A DNA stretch of 64,000 nucleotides from Chiloscyllium plagiosum (taxonomy: Eukaryota): NCBI RefSeq assembly GCF_004010195.1, contig NC_057754.1, positions 13,522,506 to 13,586,505 of the forward strand, written 5' to 3'. Positions 12,870 through 23,934 of this stretch are shown piece after piece. The notes under the pieces were generated by a model. The model made no database searches and was not told the origin of the DNA. It worked only from the letters and a program-made list of their open reading frames with translations. The translations under genes were made by a program, and so were the position numbers. Within the stretch, counting starts at the first letter, position 1; each line of letters begins with the position of its first letter.

Positions 12870-14400
12870 CCATTTCAGTAACATACGGCCTTCCATTATT
12901 CCTGTAAATGAAATGACAGGTTATATTGTAGCTGCCAAATTATTATCCATTGCCTTTAACTCTCTGTATCTATCTGTAGACCCTCCACCCTCTCTTGATA
13001 ATTTAATCTCTTGCTTATCACAGCGACATCACCAAACTCAGTATCTGTATATCTGTTCCAACCTCCTGATCATTAATATAGATTGTAAATAGTTGAGGAC
13101 TCAGCACTGGTAACTGTGTGACTCCACTGGTGATATTTGTCAAACTGATTAAGATTGATTTATCCGGAGTGTCCGCTTCCTGTTTGATACACAGTCCTTC
13201 CCCATTACTGTGTAACACAGTCGAAACGTTGAATATGAACGAGAAGAATTAGTCAGGAATACAACCCCTCGAACCTGCTCCGCCATTGAATACAATCATG
13301 GCTGATGTCATCGTGGCCTCTGTTCCACATCCCTGCCATCTCTCCATTCTCAAACTCTAGTCTCTTGTTGTAGATTGTGGCTCATGAAAAAAGATCCACT
13401 CCACATCTACACTTTCGATTACGTTTAGCATTTTACAGACCTCAATGAGCGCTCCTATCGTTCTTATTAACTTGAGAGTATAGGTCTGAACTGCTCATTT
13501 CTCTTCATAAGACAAACACTTCAAATATGGAATCAATCTAATGAAGCTCTTCTGAATTGCCTCCAATGCAAATACCTCATTCTGCAGGACACCCAAACTG
13601 TACTCCAGTTGCAGCCTCACTAATGCCTTGCATAGCTACACCAACACTCCCTACCTTTCTACTCTATCCTTTTACAAATACACGCCGAAGTTATGCTTGC
13701 AGTTCTCATTACGAGCAGTACCCGCAGGCAGGTTTTCTATGATATGCAAACAGACACCCAGATCCTCTGCACGTAAGCACTTTGAACTTTCTCTCCATTT
13801 AGATAATAATTTGCCTTTCAATTACGCTGGCCAACTTGAATAACCCCATATTTATCCACTTTAATTTTCATTGCCAAATGTTGGCCCATTCACCCAATCT
13901 ATCCGTATAGTTTTTAAATCTCTTGTATCATCATTCCGAAGGAATTTCCCACCAATGTTAGTGTCATCTGAAAATGTAGCTATAGTATTATCTATCCCGT
14001 CAACCGAGTAATAATATCGACCACAAATGGTTGAGGCATGAGAGCTGAAATGTATGGCACCCCAAAATTGCATTTTCCAAACGAAAATGACAGGTTTATT
14101 CCATCTGACTGCATTTTTCTGGTTAACCAATCCTGCATCCAAGCTAATAAGTTATTCCTAAACCGATGCTGTTTGATCTTACCACTTACTCTTTGAAGAA
14201 GCGACATATCTGAATCCTTCACGAAGACCAGATATATTCCATCTACAGGATTCCCGCTATCCACCTTGTTTGTCACATCTTTAAATAACTCAAGAAAACA
14301 CTTCAAACTTCATTTATCTTTTGTAAAACTATGTTGACTCCGATGGATTGTGGTTTAAGTTTGCAAATGTCCTCAACAATGGATTCTAATAATTTGCCTT
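12870..14400 (-). mobile_element. Composite decayed CR1 fragments
   Basis: TSGVTQLPVLSPQLFTIYIND (13018-13218); CR1 3' end near 13250-13320; FSDDTNIGG (13861-14142); LELFKDVTNKVDSGNPVDGIYL (13992-14306). Confidence 0.85.
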
Positions 14401-14439
14401 AAATTACAATACTTTATTGTTACACTTTACTCCCTAATG

Positions 14440-15290
14440 TAGTCAGTTATTATAAGTTCTTCCCTTTCGAAAACCTTTGCGTTTTCTTTGAATTCCTGTT
14501 TAATGGGCAAAAGGTTTTAAGAGATCTGCTCCAATTGCTGTGTAAGAGCCATGTGTGGCTGAATGGACTCATCATCCTGCTGGTGTACAAACTCGATGGG
14601 CTGACGTCTTTCTGGTGTTCCCATGTTGTCGTCTCCAAGGCCAGTATGACCTCCTCTTGTTGATGCGTTAGAGGGATGGGGTATTATGGAATCTTCCCGT
14701 TGCCGTGTAACATTTTGAGGGGTTGATGGGTCTTCTCATATTCCTCCATAATAGGTAGAGATACTGAACGGTCTCCTCATGGATCCCAGAGATGGGACCA
14801 ATGGAGCGATTGGTCTTCTCTTGTTCCCATATAACAGACATGTGTCTGAATTACCTCCTCCTTTCTCATGATATAAGTCTCAGACAGTTTTTATCCTTAT
14901 ACAATTCCCTTGCAACAGGCTTGGTGAGTCTGAATGGGCTCCTGTTACCCTCGTGTAACAAATCTCCAGTCACTGTGTGACCGCTTCCATTACCTATGTT
15001 ACGGACTTGAAGTGGCTGAATGGACTGATCCTCTTGCTGTGCAATAGGATTCTGGTGCCGCATGGCCTCCTCTGGGTCCAGTGTTACAGATTCGACGGGC
15101 TGATTGGCCTCGTCCTGTAAATATACATCAGGATCCAGGGGCTGAACAGCCTCGTCTTATTCTGGTGTAACAGGGTCGCAGGCCTGAAAATCCTTCCGTT
15201 GTTCCTGTGTAACAGGCTGGAGAACGGAATGGATTCCTCCATTATCTGTGTAATTCGCTTCAGTTGTTGACTCCTTCCTGTCATCTAGGT
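14440..15290 (+). repeat. Diverged 42-bp minisatellite array (CR1 3'-end-derived family)
   Basis: About 20 decayed units of approximately TGTAACAGACTCGAGGGGCTGAATGGCCTCCTCCTGTTCCTG. Confidence 0.75.
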
Positions 15291-15719
15291 TGAAATATGA
15301 TCGTCTCTCATTTTTGTAAACTCCAATGGCTATTGGACCAAACAGACCATCCTTTCATTAGAAGTTAGCATCTTCATTGCAGGAGTCAGTTGAGGGGACC
15401 ATCTCTGAGCTGCTTCCAATATAACAACATCCTTTCTTCATTGAAGAGACTAAATCTGTACACACTACTCCAGGTGTGATCTCACTAAGGTCCTATACAG
15501 CAGCAGCAATGCTTTACCAGCCTGCTGTAAGGTTCGCACCGAGGTTACGGCAGTCTCAGCTCTCTGGGGGACATATAGAGTATTGTTGAAAAATCATTGT
15601 CCTACTCTACTCCACTAGCATAACGGAAGATTTGGAGAAAATACCACAATGATGCTTAAGAAGATCATAAATGATGTGGCGAGATGATCTCTACCATTAA
15701 TCTCCCCAAAACCCACGTC

Positions 15720-18034
15720 GCTCAGATTCTACAGAATCTTGTAAGGTGGAGAATAAAAATAGCAAGGAGAAGGAAACATTGATGGGAGTTATATGTCAAA
15801 GTGAAAGCTGCAATACAAATGTTGGGCATTTTATGAAACAGGAAAATGAGATTACTGGCTACTGCAGTAATAATGTACTGTTCACATTATATCTAAACTG
15901 TGTTAACCCAATGCTAATGCTGGGAAAATGGATTTCATGAGCATGTGTTAGATGGCTTGCATTAACATTTTGTCGAGCACTTAGCTAGAGATCAGGTTAT
16001 TTGGGAATTGGTGTTGGATGGTCAGAAGAGCTAATTGAAAACGTTGCTGCAAAGGACCTTCTGGGAACAGTGACTACAATGCATTGGGTTTCTTTTATGC
16101 TGTTTGAGTGTACGATAATTTTTGTTTTACTTGAAATCACCATTATAAATCTGAATAATGCACGCCCTGAAGGTGTGAGGAGAAAGTGAGGACTACAGAT
16201 GCTGGAGATCAGAGTCAAAGAGTGTGGTGCACAGCATACTAGGACCAGTAGAATTGATGTTTCGGGCATTAGCCCTTCATCAGAAATGAGGCTTATGGGT
16301 CAAGGGAGCTGAGAGATAAATGAGAAGGAGGGGTGGCAGGAGGGAGGTAGCTAGGAATGTGATAGGTAGATGAAGGTGGGGTTGAAAGTGATAGGTGATA
16401 AAGGGAGACAAAACGCCTCATCTACTGCATCCATGAAACCCAGTGTGGTCTTCTCTACATTGGTGCGACAGGTGGATCAGAAAACATATCTGGGACAGCC
16501 ACATTGACCAAGTCCACCGCCTTGTGGCTGAACACTTCAACTCCCCTTTCTACTCTGCGAAGAACATGAGAGTACTGGGACTACTCCATCGCCAAACCCT
16601 AACCACCCGAAGGTTAGATGAAGAAAGGCTCCTCTTCTGCCTTGGGAACCTCCAACCACAGGGGATTAATGTAGATTTCACCAGTTTCCCCATTTCCCCC
16701 AACTCCACCTTATCACAGTCCAATCTTCCAACTAAGCACCTTCCCCACTTTTGAACGTTCCTATGTGTTCATCTTCCTCCCCATCAATCTGGTCCACCCT
16801 CCTCTCTGACCTAACCCTTTCAGCCTCACCTTCTACTACCTATTAGATCAAAGGAAGCAACTTAGAAAAATGCCAAGTGTTGTAGTAAGCCAATGGATTC
16901 AGAGAAATGTAGGACCCAGCAGCGAATGACCACGAAACTGAGAAGAAAATCGAAAAGAGAAAAAGCATGCAAACAAAAGAAAAACATGAAGACTGCTAAA
17001 AAAAAAAAACGTACATCACTGTATGAAACAAAAGTAAAAACAAGGTCAAATGTGGAACAGTAGGTGTGCGGACAGGATAATTTATTGCAGAGAACAGAGA
17101 AATCACAGGGGAAAGAAACAGTTTCTTTGTGTCTATCTTCAAGGCAGAATATCCAGAAATTCTCCCAGAAATACCATGGGACTTGTGTAAGTAAGGTCTA
17201 AGATCATTCATATCAGTGTTGAGGTCATCTTTGAAAAGAAAGCTGGATTGAGTATTTATAAATTTGACAGATCAGATGTACTTCATACAAGAATTTCAGA
17301 GGAAGCAGCAATAGACATATTGATTGTATCGCAGATTTTCACGTTATTTTCCATACATTCCGAAAGATATTTAGCCAATCTGGATAAGGCAAAGGTTATA
17401 AATATTATCCAACAGTTTAAGAAAAGATGAAGATGGAGAGTGGTGAACTGCAGACCAGTAACTTGTCATCCACGGTTGGGTATCTGTTGGGCTCGATTAC
17501 AAAGAACGTGTTACTGGATATATAGAAGGTAATGGGAAAACTGGGGAGGATGATAACGCATCGATGAAACAAAAAACATAAGTGGCACACATTTTCTGGA
17601 ATGGTTTGAAGATGATTCTTGTGGCCGTAGGCAACGAGGAGCTAATGGATAACGTATAGTTGGATATTCAGGAGGATCTTTTTTAAGAACTCTCACACTA
17701 ATATCATAAGAAAAGTTAAACTGAAAGGAATTGGGAAGAACACATGCAAATAGGAAACTAAAAATTCGGTTTACATTCATGTGAATGTAATTGCAATATA
17801 GAAAATATCGTGCGCCAGCTGCATAGAGTATTGCTGAGACTAAACTTAAAGAATCGTGTACCGTTTGGAGTCCCAATCTAAGATAGAATATACTGACTAC
17901 ATGGGAACTGCAAAAGGTATTCTCCAGATTAATCCATAAAATGGCAAGATTGCCTGATGGGGAAACTCAGCCTGTGATCTTGAGTTTCAAAAGATGAGAG
18001 GTGATTGTCGTGAAACTCAGGAACTTAGGAACAT
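15720..18034 (+). mobile_element. Old CR1 LINE ORF2 remnant, split by a Penelope fragment
   Basis: VENKNSKEKETLMGVI (endonuclease), then RT-linker and RT-like sequence such as aactgcagaccagtaacttgtcatc and gatattcaggaggatcttt; heavily decayed. Confidence 0.7.
16178..16845 (+). mobile_element. Penelope-like element fragment: inverted pseudo-LTR plus GIY-YIG C-terminus
   Basis: 16178-16400 is the reverse complement of the pLTR seen at about 60560-60835; ORF 16443-16754 VAEHFNSPFYSAKNMRVLGLL...RRLDEERLLFCLGNLQPQGINVDF matches 60124-60717. Confidence 0.9.
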
Positions 18035-18534
18035 NNNNNNNNNNNNNNNNNNNNNNNNNNNNNNNNNNNNNNNNNNNNNNNNNNNNNNNNNNNNNNNNNN
18101 NNNNNNNNNNNNNNNNNNNNNNNNNNNNNNNNNNNNNNNNNNNNNNNNNNNNNNNNNNNNNNNNNNNNNNNNNNNNNNNNNNNNNNNNNNNNNNNNNNNN
18201 NNNNNNNNNNNNNNNNNNNNNNNNNNNNNNNNNNNNNNNNNNNNNNNNNNNNNNNNNNNNNNNNNNNNNNNNNNNNNNNNNNNNNNNNNNNNNNNNNNNN
18301 NNNNNNNNNNNNNNNNNNNNNNNNNNNNNNNNNNNNNNNNNNNNNNNNNNNNNNNNNNNNNNNNNNNNNNNNNNNNNNNNNNNNNNNNNNNNNNNNNNNN
18401 NNNNNNNNNNNNNNNNNNNNNNNNNNNNNNNNNNNNNNNNNNNNNNNNNNNNNNNNNNNNNNNNNNNNNNNNNNNNNNNNNNNNNNNNNNNNNNNNNNNN
18501 NNNNNNNNNNNNNNNNNNNNNNNNNNNNNNNNNN
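18035..18534. other. Assembly gap (500 N)
   Basis: Run of N. Confidence 1.
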
Positions 18535-19398
18535 GCAAGAGATTTAAAAACTATATGGATGGGTCGGGTGAATGGGCAAACATTTGGAAATGAAAATTAA
18601 AGTGGATAAATATGGGGTTATTCAAGTTGGCCAGCCTAAGAAAAAGGGAAATTATTATCTAAATGGAGAGATACTTCAAAGTACTTAAGTGCAGAGGGAC
18701 CTGTGTGCCAGCTTGCATATCACAGAAAACCTGCATGCGGGTACTTCATTTAATGAGAAATGCAAGCATAACTTCAGCGTTTATTTGTAAAAGGATAGAG
18801 TAGAAAGGTAGGGAGTGTTGGTGTAGCTATGCAAGGCATTAGTGAGGCTGCAACTGGAGTACATTTTGGGTGTCCTGCGGAATGAGATATTTACATTGGA
18901 GGCAACTCAGAAGAGCTTCATTCGATTGATTCCATATTTGAAGTGTTTGCCTTATGAAAAGAAATTGAGCAGTTCAGGCCTATACTCTCGAGTTTATAAG
19001 AATGAAAGGAGAGCTCATTGAGTTCTATAAAATGCTAAACATAATTAAAAGTGTAGATGTGGAGGGCATATTTTTTTCATGAGCCGCAATCTACAACAAG
19101 AGACTAGAGTTTGAGGATGGAGAGATGGCAGGAAAGTGGAACAGAGGCCACGATGACATCAGCCATGATTGTATTCAAAGGTGGAGCAGGTTCGAGGGGT
19201 TGGATTCCTGACTGATTCTCCTCGTTCATATTCAGCTTTTCGACTGTATTACACAGTAACGGGGGAGGACTGTGTATCAAACCGGAAGCAGGCACTCCGG
19301 ATAAATCATTCTTTATCAGTTTGACAGAACGTCACCAGTGGAGTCACACAGTGACCAGTGTTGTGTCCTCAACTATTTACAATCTCTATCAATGATCA

Positions 19399-19686
19399 AG
19401 GAGAAAGTGAGGTCTGCAGATGCTGGAGATCAAAGTTGAAACTTTATTGCTGGAACAGCACAGCAGGTCAGGCAGCATCCAGGGAACAGGAGATTCGACG
19501 TTTCGGGCACAGGCCCTTCTTCAGGAATGACTCAGAAGGGCCTGTGCCAGAAACGTCATCGTGGCCTCTGTTCCACTTTCCTGCCATCGACTCATTCCTG
19601 AAGAAGGGCCTGTGCCCGAAACGTCGAATCTCCTGTTCCCTGGATGCTGCCTGACCTGCTGTGCTGTTCCAGCAATAAAGTTTCAA
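19399..19686. mobile_element. Palindromic Penelope pLTR-derived insertion with 13-bp TSD
   Basis: Absent at the paralogous left-arm site (about 13065-13080); TSD ctatcaatgatca at 19386-19398 and 19687-19699; perfect 97-bp inverted arms 19434-19530 and 19592-19688. Confidence 0.92.
19594..19629 (+). ncRNA. Minimal type I hammerhead ribozyme motif (PLE-associated); mirror copy on - at 19493-19528
   Basis: AUUC-CUGAAGA-A-GGGC cugu GCCC-GAAA-CGUC-GAAU: core CUGANGA/GAAA, 4-bp stem II, palindromic ACGU stem III, GUC site, AUUC/GAAU stem I. There is one extra A before stem II relative to the canonical core. Confidence 0.7.
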
Positions 19687-19929
19687 CTATCAATGATCAG
19701 GAAGATGGAACAGATATACAGATACTGTGTTTTGGTTATGTTGCTGTGATAAGCAAGAGATTAATTTATCAAGAGAGGGTGGAGAGTCGACAGATAGATA
19801 CAGAGAGGTAAAGGCAACGGATAATAATTTTGCAGTGCAATATAACATGATATAACCTGTCATTTCATTTACAGGAATAATGCAAGGCAGTATGTTCCTG
19901 AAACTGAGAGGGATTACAGGGCTTAATGA

Positions 19930-20900
19930 TACTGTGTACTGGAGGGTTCACTCAGACACAATAAGACATGGGAGGTTTTGATCCATCCCTGATCGTCTGC
20001 TCCCAGACAATCCAAGCAACCCCATTGCTCTCCGTAAACATGGAATGTTTTGAAGTGTTCGGTTGGTGATGGGGATGCTGTTTTCAAACATGTATCAAGG
20101 GGACGGCCTTTATCCAAGGTACATTCATCCCTTTCAACACGGAGACCCGAAGACGATGGGAATGGCTGCATGCTTCTGAATGAACAGGCTGTAGCTGCTG
20201 TCAGGACAGGGGTATTCACCAACATGATGTACTGTGCACCGGCACGCTGCAAGATTAATAGATAGAGAGCTCCTTCAGTTCCTCTACCTCTCCCCATTGG
20301 CATGGCTACTCCGCAGATGCCATGTACACCATCGGGAATCCCACTATCCTGGATACACCCATCAGCTCCGTGCTAAGGGAGAAACAATGTATTTACCTCA
20401 TCCGCCATGTATATCCTCCGTCACCGAATGGTTACATTGATGGCAACATACTGGGCGATTATGGATATGTCACCCAGTCCTGTTTGGAAAGTTCTGGAAC
20501 ATAGAAGCTGAATGAAACTGTAATCCGAACAGCCACTGGCAGAATCATCCTTCCCCCCGTGTGAAGCTGCAGGTGGTGACGCCACTCTGTGACCAGCTCC
20601 TTGTTCAATCAGTGTCCCCCCACACTCTGCTCCTGGGTTAAGTGTAGCTTGTGAGGCTGTTAATGGAAAACCCGGGTGGGGCCAGCAGATCCCTTTCCAC
20701 ACACGCACTCACTCCGTGGATTCAGAGCTTCCCCTCTGCAGCCTCTGCTCCATTTGTTGTTCATGTTCCCGGCCCAGATGTTGTAACTACAGTCCCGAGG
20801 CTCCATTCAAAGTTGGGTCAGCAAATCCTTAGGTCTCCCTGAATGTCTGAGGCAGCTCACAGCACAACCTCCAGAAAACCACCCCCAGCCCGTCCACTAA
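19930..20900 (-). mobile_element. PIF/Harbinger transposase pseudogene, duplicated copy
   Basis: ORFs 19923-20303 (LDKGRPLDTCLKT) and 20421-20708 (SRTFQTGLGDISIIAQ) mirror 11850-12850. Confidence 0.85.
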
Positions 20901-20943
20901 CTTTTCAATAACAGGGGTCAGTCAGAAACGACTCGTCAATAAG

Positions 20944-23319
20944 TGTTGTGGACCAGACCAGATCCCCAAAAATATTTTACGAATGTCGCTCAGTCCCAAA
21001 CATTTCCTTATATTAAAAATAATGGGAAGTGTATTTTCTAGATATGTTGTGACTGGTCCAACTACTCGACATTAAGGGAAATATAGTTATTCAAATGCTT
21101 TAGTGAAAATACAATCAAAGCAAAGAACATTTCGGGATGGCTTATATGTTGGAATACTTACACAAACAATAGATACCGTACCTTGTTGGTATATACTGCT
21201 TGGCACAAAGATAAATTCAAATACAGATTCTTACATGCAATTTTCTGATCCAGGAGAAATCAACATCATCAGAGATCTCAGAGAGAAAGGCAGCTAGGGA
21301 TCATGTATTGACACTTCCAACCATTCTGTTACCCCGAGCAGCTTCTGAATGCTGCAGCTAAAAAGAAAACGAGAAAACCTGGTCTGTGAGAGCTGACCAC
21401 TGCCCTTCCATTGTTATCACCGTTTTAATAAAACCTAAAGGCTTTCTCAATTATTTGCATAATTTTTTTCAGACAGCAGTTCTGCACCCCTGCCTTTAAA
21501 GCCTCTCTTAAAAAAAACCCAAGAGAAAATAACCTTTTTACAGTGATAGTATACTCACAACTCCATCTTTAATAAAATGATCCATCAATATACAAAGATG
21601 GATTCATTTTAGACCTCCTAATCTTCCTATATTATAAGCAATGCATATATATTACATTGACTCTGAGCATAGAAATATTCACAACGACAATCGATTTCAG
21701 TCATTTTACTCCTACTACAGAATGCCTTTGTCTTTCTTCATCCGAGACTCTACAACATGTCAAAAGTTAGTTTTGCTCGCCCTGTCAACTTTATAATTTC
21801 AAACTGAATGGCGGAAATAAGAAGCTCAATCGAAACAGACTGGTATTTTTCTCCCTAAACTTCTCCAAAAACGTTAAGGGGTCACGATCAGTGAAAAAGA
21901 TTTATCTCAGGTATGTTATTCGCAATTTAAATGCTGAAATGTTGTAACGGCAACACCAAGCTCAAGATATCCTTCCCCATTGTGGAATAAATCTGTTGAT
22001 GTTTCCATTGGACACTCCAACCACACGTTACATAATGGAGCACTTGTCACCTCTCCAATAGTCCTTCTGAATGACATAGCTCCTAATGTTTGAGCATAAA
22101 AGAATTACACGCTTCTGTACCTCTTAATGCTGTAACCTCTTTACATGCTACTCCTGACCTATGCCAGTAAACCTTACTCTCACAGGTATATGTTTTCAGA
22201 AGATCTCACACATTCTTCTCAATCCCTCACAGAAACGAAACTTTGATTTCTGAACCAAATCATCATCAGCCATTTCAGCTTCTAAGCTTGACATTGTAAC
22301 TCTTTGCTCTTCCACACGAATTCTCACGACTGCAGGAAATGAATTGTTGAACTTCTCCAAAATAAGAATTTCTCTCAGAGTTTCATAGGTTTGCTGTGTT
22401 TTTAATACCCTTCCCCACCTTTCAAAATTTCTTTGTTTGATTCTTTCAAACACAACGTGCGTTTAACCAGGGATGGTATTTTAAATTCCTAAAACTCTGT
22501 CTGCCGGCTTCTGGCATAATCTCATATGCACTTCTGATGGCTTTCTTCACCTCCTCATACTTCGCAGATACCTCCTCTGGTAGGGATACAAATACCTATC
22601 AGCTTTGTTTGGATCAACTAAATCCAGATGTTCTCTGGCAAGTGCACTTGTTTAGCCACTTTCTGAAATGAAATTAAAAGGCTCCCCCATCATTTTCATC
22701 AAATTTAGATAATGCCTGGATGTATTTAAACAGATCCCCACCAGGCCTTTGGCTACTATAGGGTTGCTCATCCTCACTATCCACCTTATCCAGCCTACTG
22801 TCTGCCTTCATCTCCGCCCTCTATGCCAACGTTCCTCTCTTATTGCTAACTGTTTAAGTTGAAACTCTCTGTTTTCTTCTCTCTTTTTCTCCCTTTCTTC
22901 TTCATTTCTTTTTCTTTTATTTCTACTTTTCATCATAATTCAAACTGTTTCAATTCCTTTTCATACTCAAGGTGTCTCATTTGAAGCCATTTCCAAACAT
23001 TGTGATGGCGTTTCCACCAAATTTAATTGCCGAGCTGCTCTCCCATTCCCACAGAGAATAGCAGCTAGGGATAATTTACTAAAACTTCCAACCCCTCTGG
23101 GACCCTAAGCCCCAGGTAGCTGTTACAGCTGCAAGGAAAAAAACTAGAAAGCTTGGTCTGTGCCAGCTGGCCATTATTACTATTATTTATTAAAAACCCT
23201 AAAAGCCTCGTAAGTTATTTACTTGAGCTGTTTTCAGTAGGCAGTTTGGCCTTTAAGACCTCTTACTAAATTAAAAGGAGAAAATAACCTCTTATTTAAA
23301 AAGTGACAGCATTGTCACA
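20944..23319 (-). mobile_element. Gmr1-like Gypsy element, duplicated copy with an extra deletion
   Basis: 3' LTR 20944-21559; gag ORF 22196-22453; 5' LTR partial at about 23050-23319; lacks the equivalent of left 8795-9715. Confidence 0.85.
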
Positions 23320-23934
23320 CAATTTATATGCCTGGTCCTTTACTCAGTGGGCGTCCTCGTGTTACTGATCGCAAGGTCACCTGAGAGGGACAACCACAGG
23401 TACAGACCAAGTTACAAGGATGTGTCTCATAACTTCTGAAACAGCCCTGTCCATGGACCATCACATGGGACATACCGGGAAGTGAACAATAACCTGACAC
23501 ACACCATTTCATTATTTCTGAGCTATACAATGGCAGCACTCAACAAACTAGGGAGCCAAAACCCAAGGCCAGGGAAAGATACAGAGGGACAGAGAGATTC
23601 ACATGAAAGACAGAAAGAGGCAGTTAATTAACTGAAAATATGTTGTGGAACTATGGGGAAAAAGACAGGGCAGTGGGACGAACTGGAGAAGTCAGATCTT
23701 CGAGAGTAAAATTACAAGAATGAGAACATTAAATAAAGGCATTGTCAGATCAGCTGAAATGGTTTGTTACATCAAATTCTGAATCTGCTTCACAGAACAC
23801 CACAAACAACATAGACTTGGACAAGATGACAGCCCAGCATGGAGAGCTGTGCAGACCATGCTAGTGTGTTGATCAATAAATTGCACTATCTGCCCGGCAT
23901 GGAGATTATTGCAAACGTTGCTATCACATGTGAG

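Noticed and set aside
17994..18600. ORFs spanning N runs (also 47615-48199 in part and 63367-64000)
   Set aside because: Artefacts of assembly gaps.
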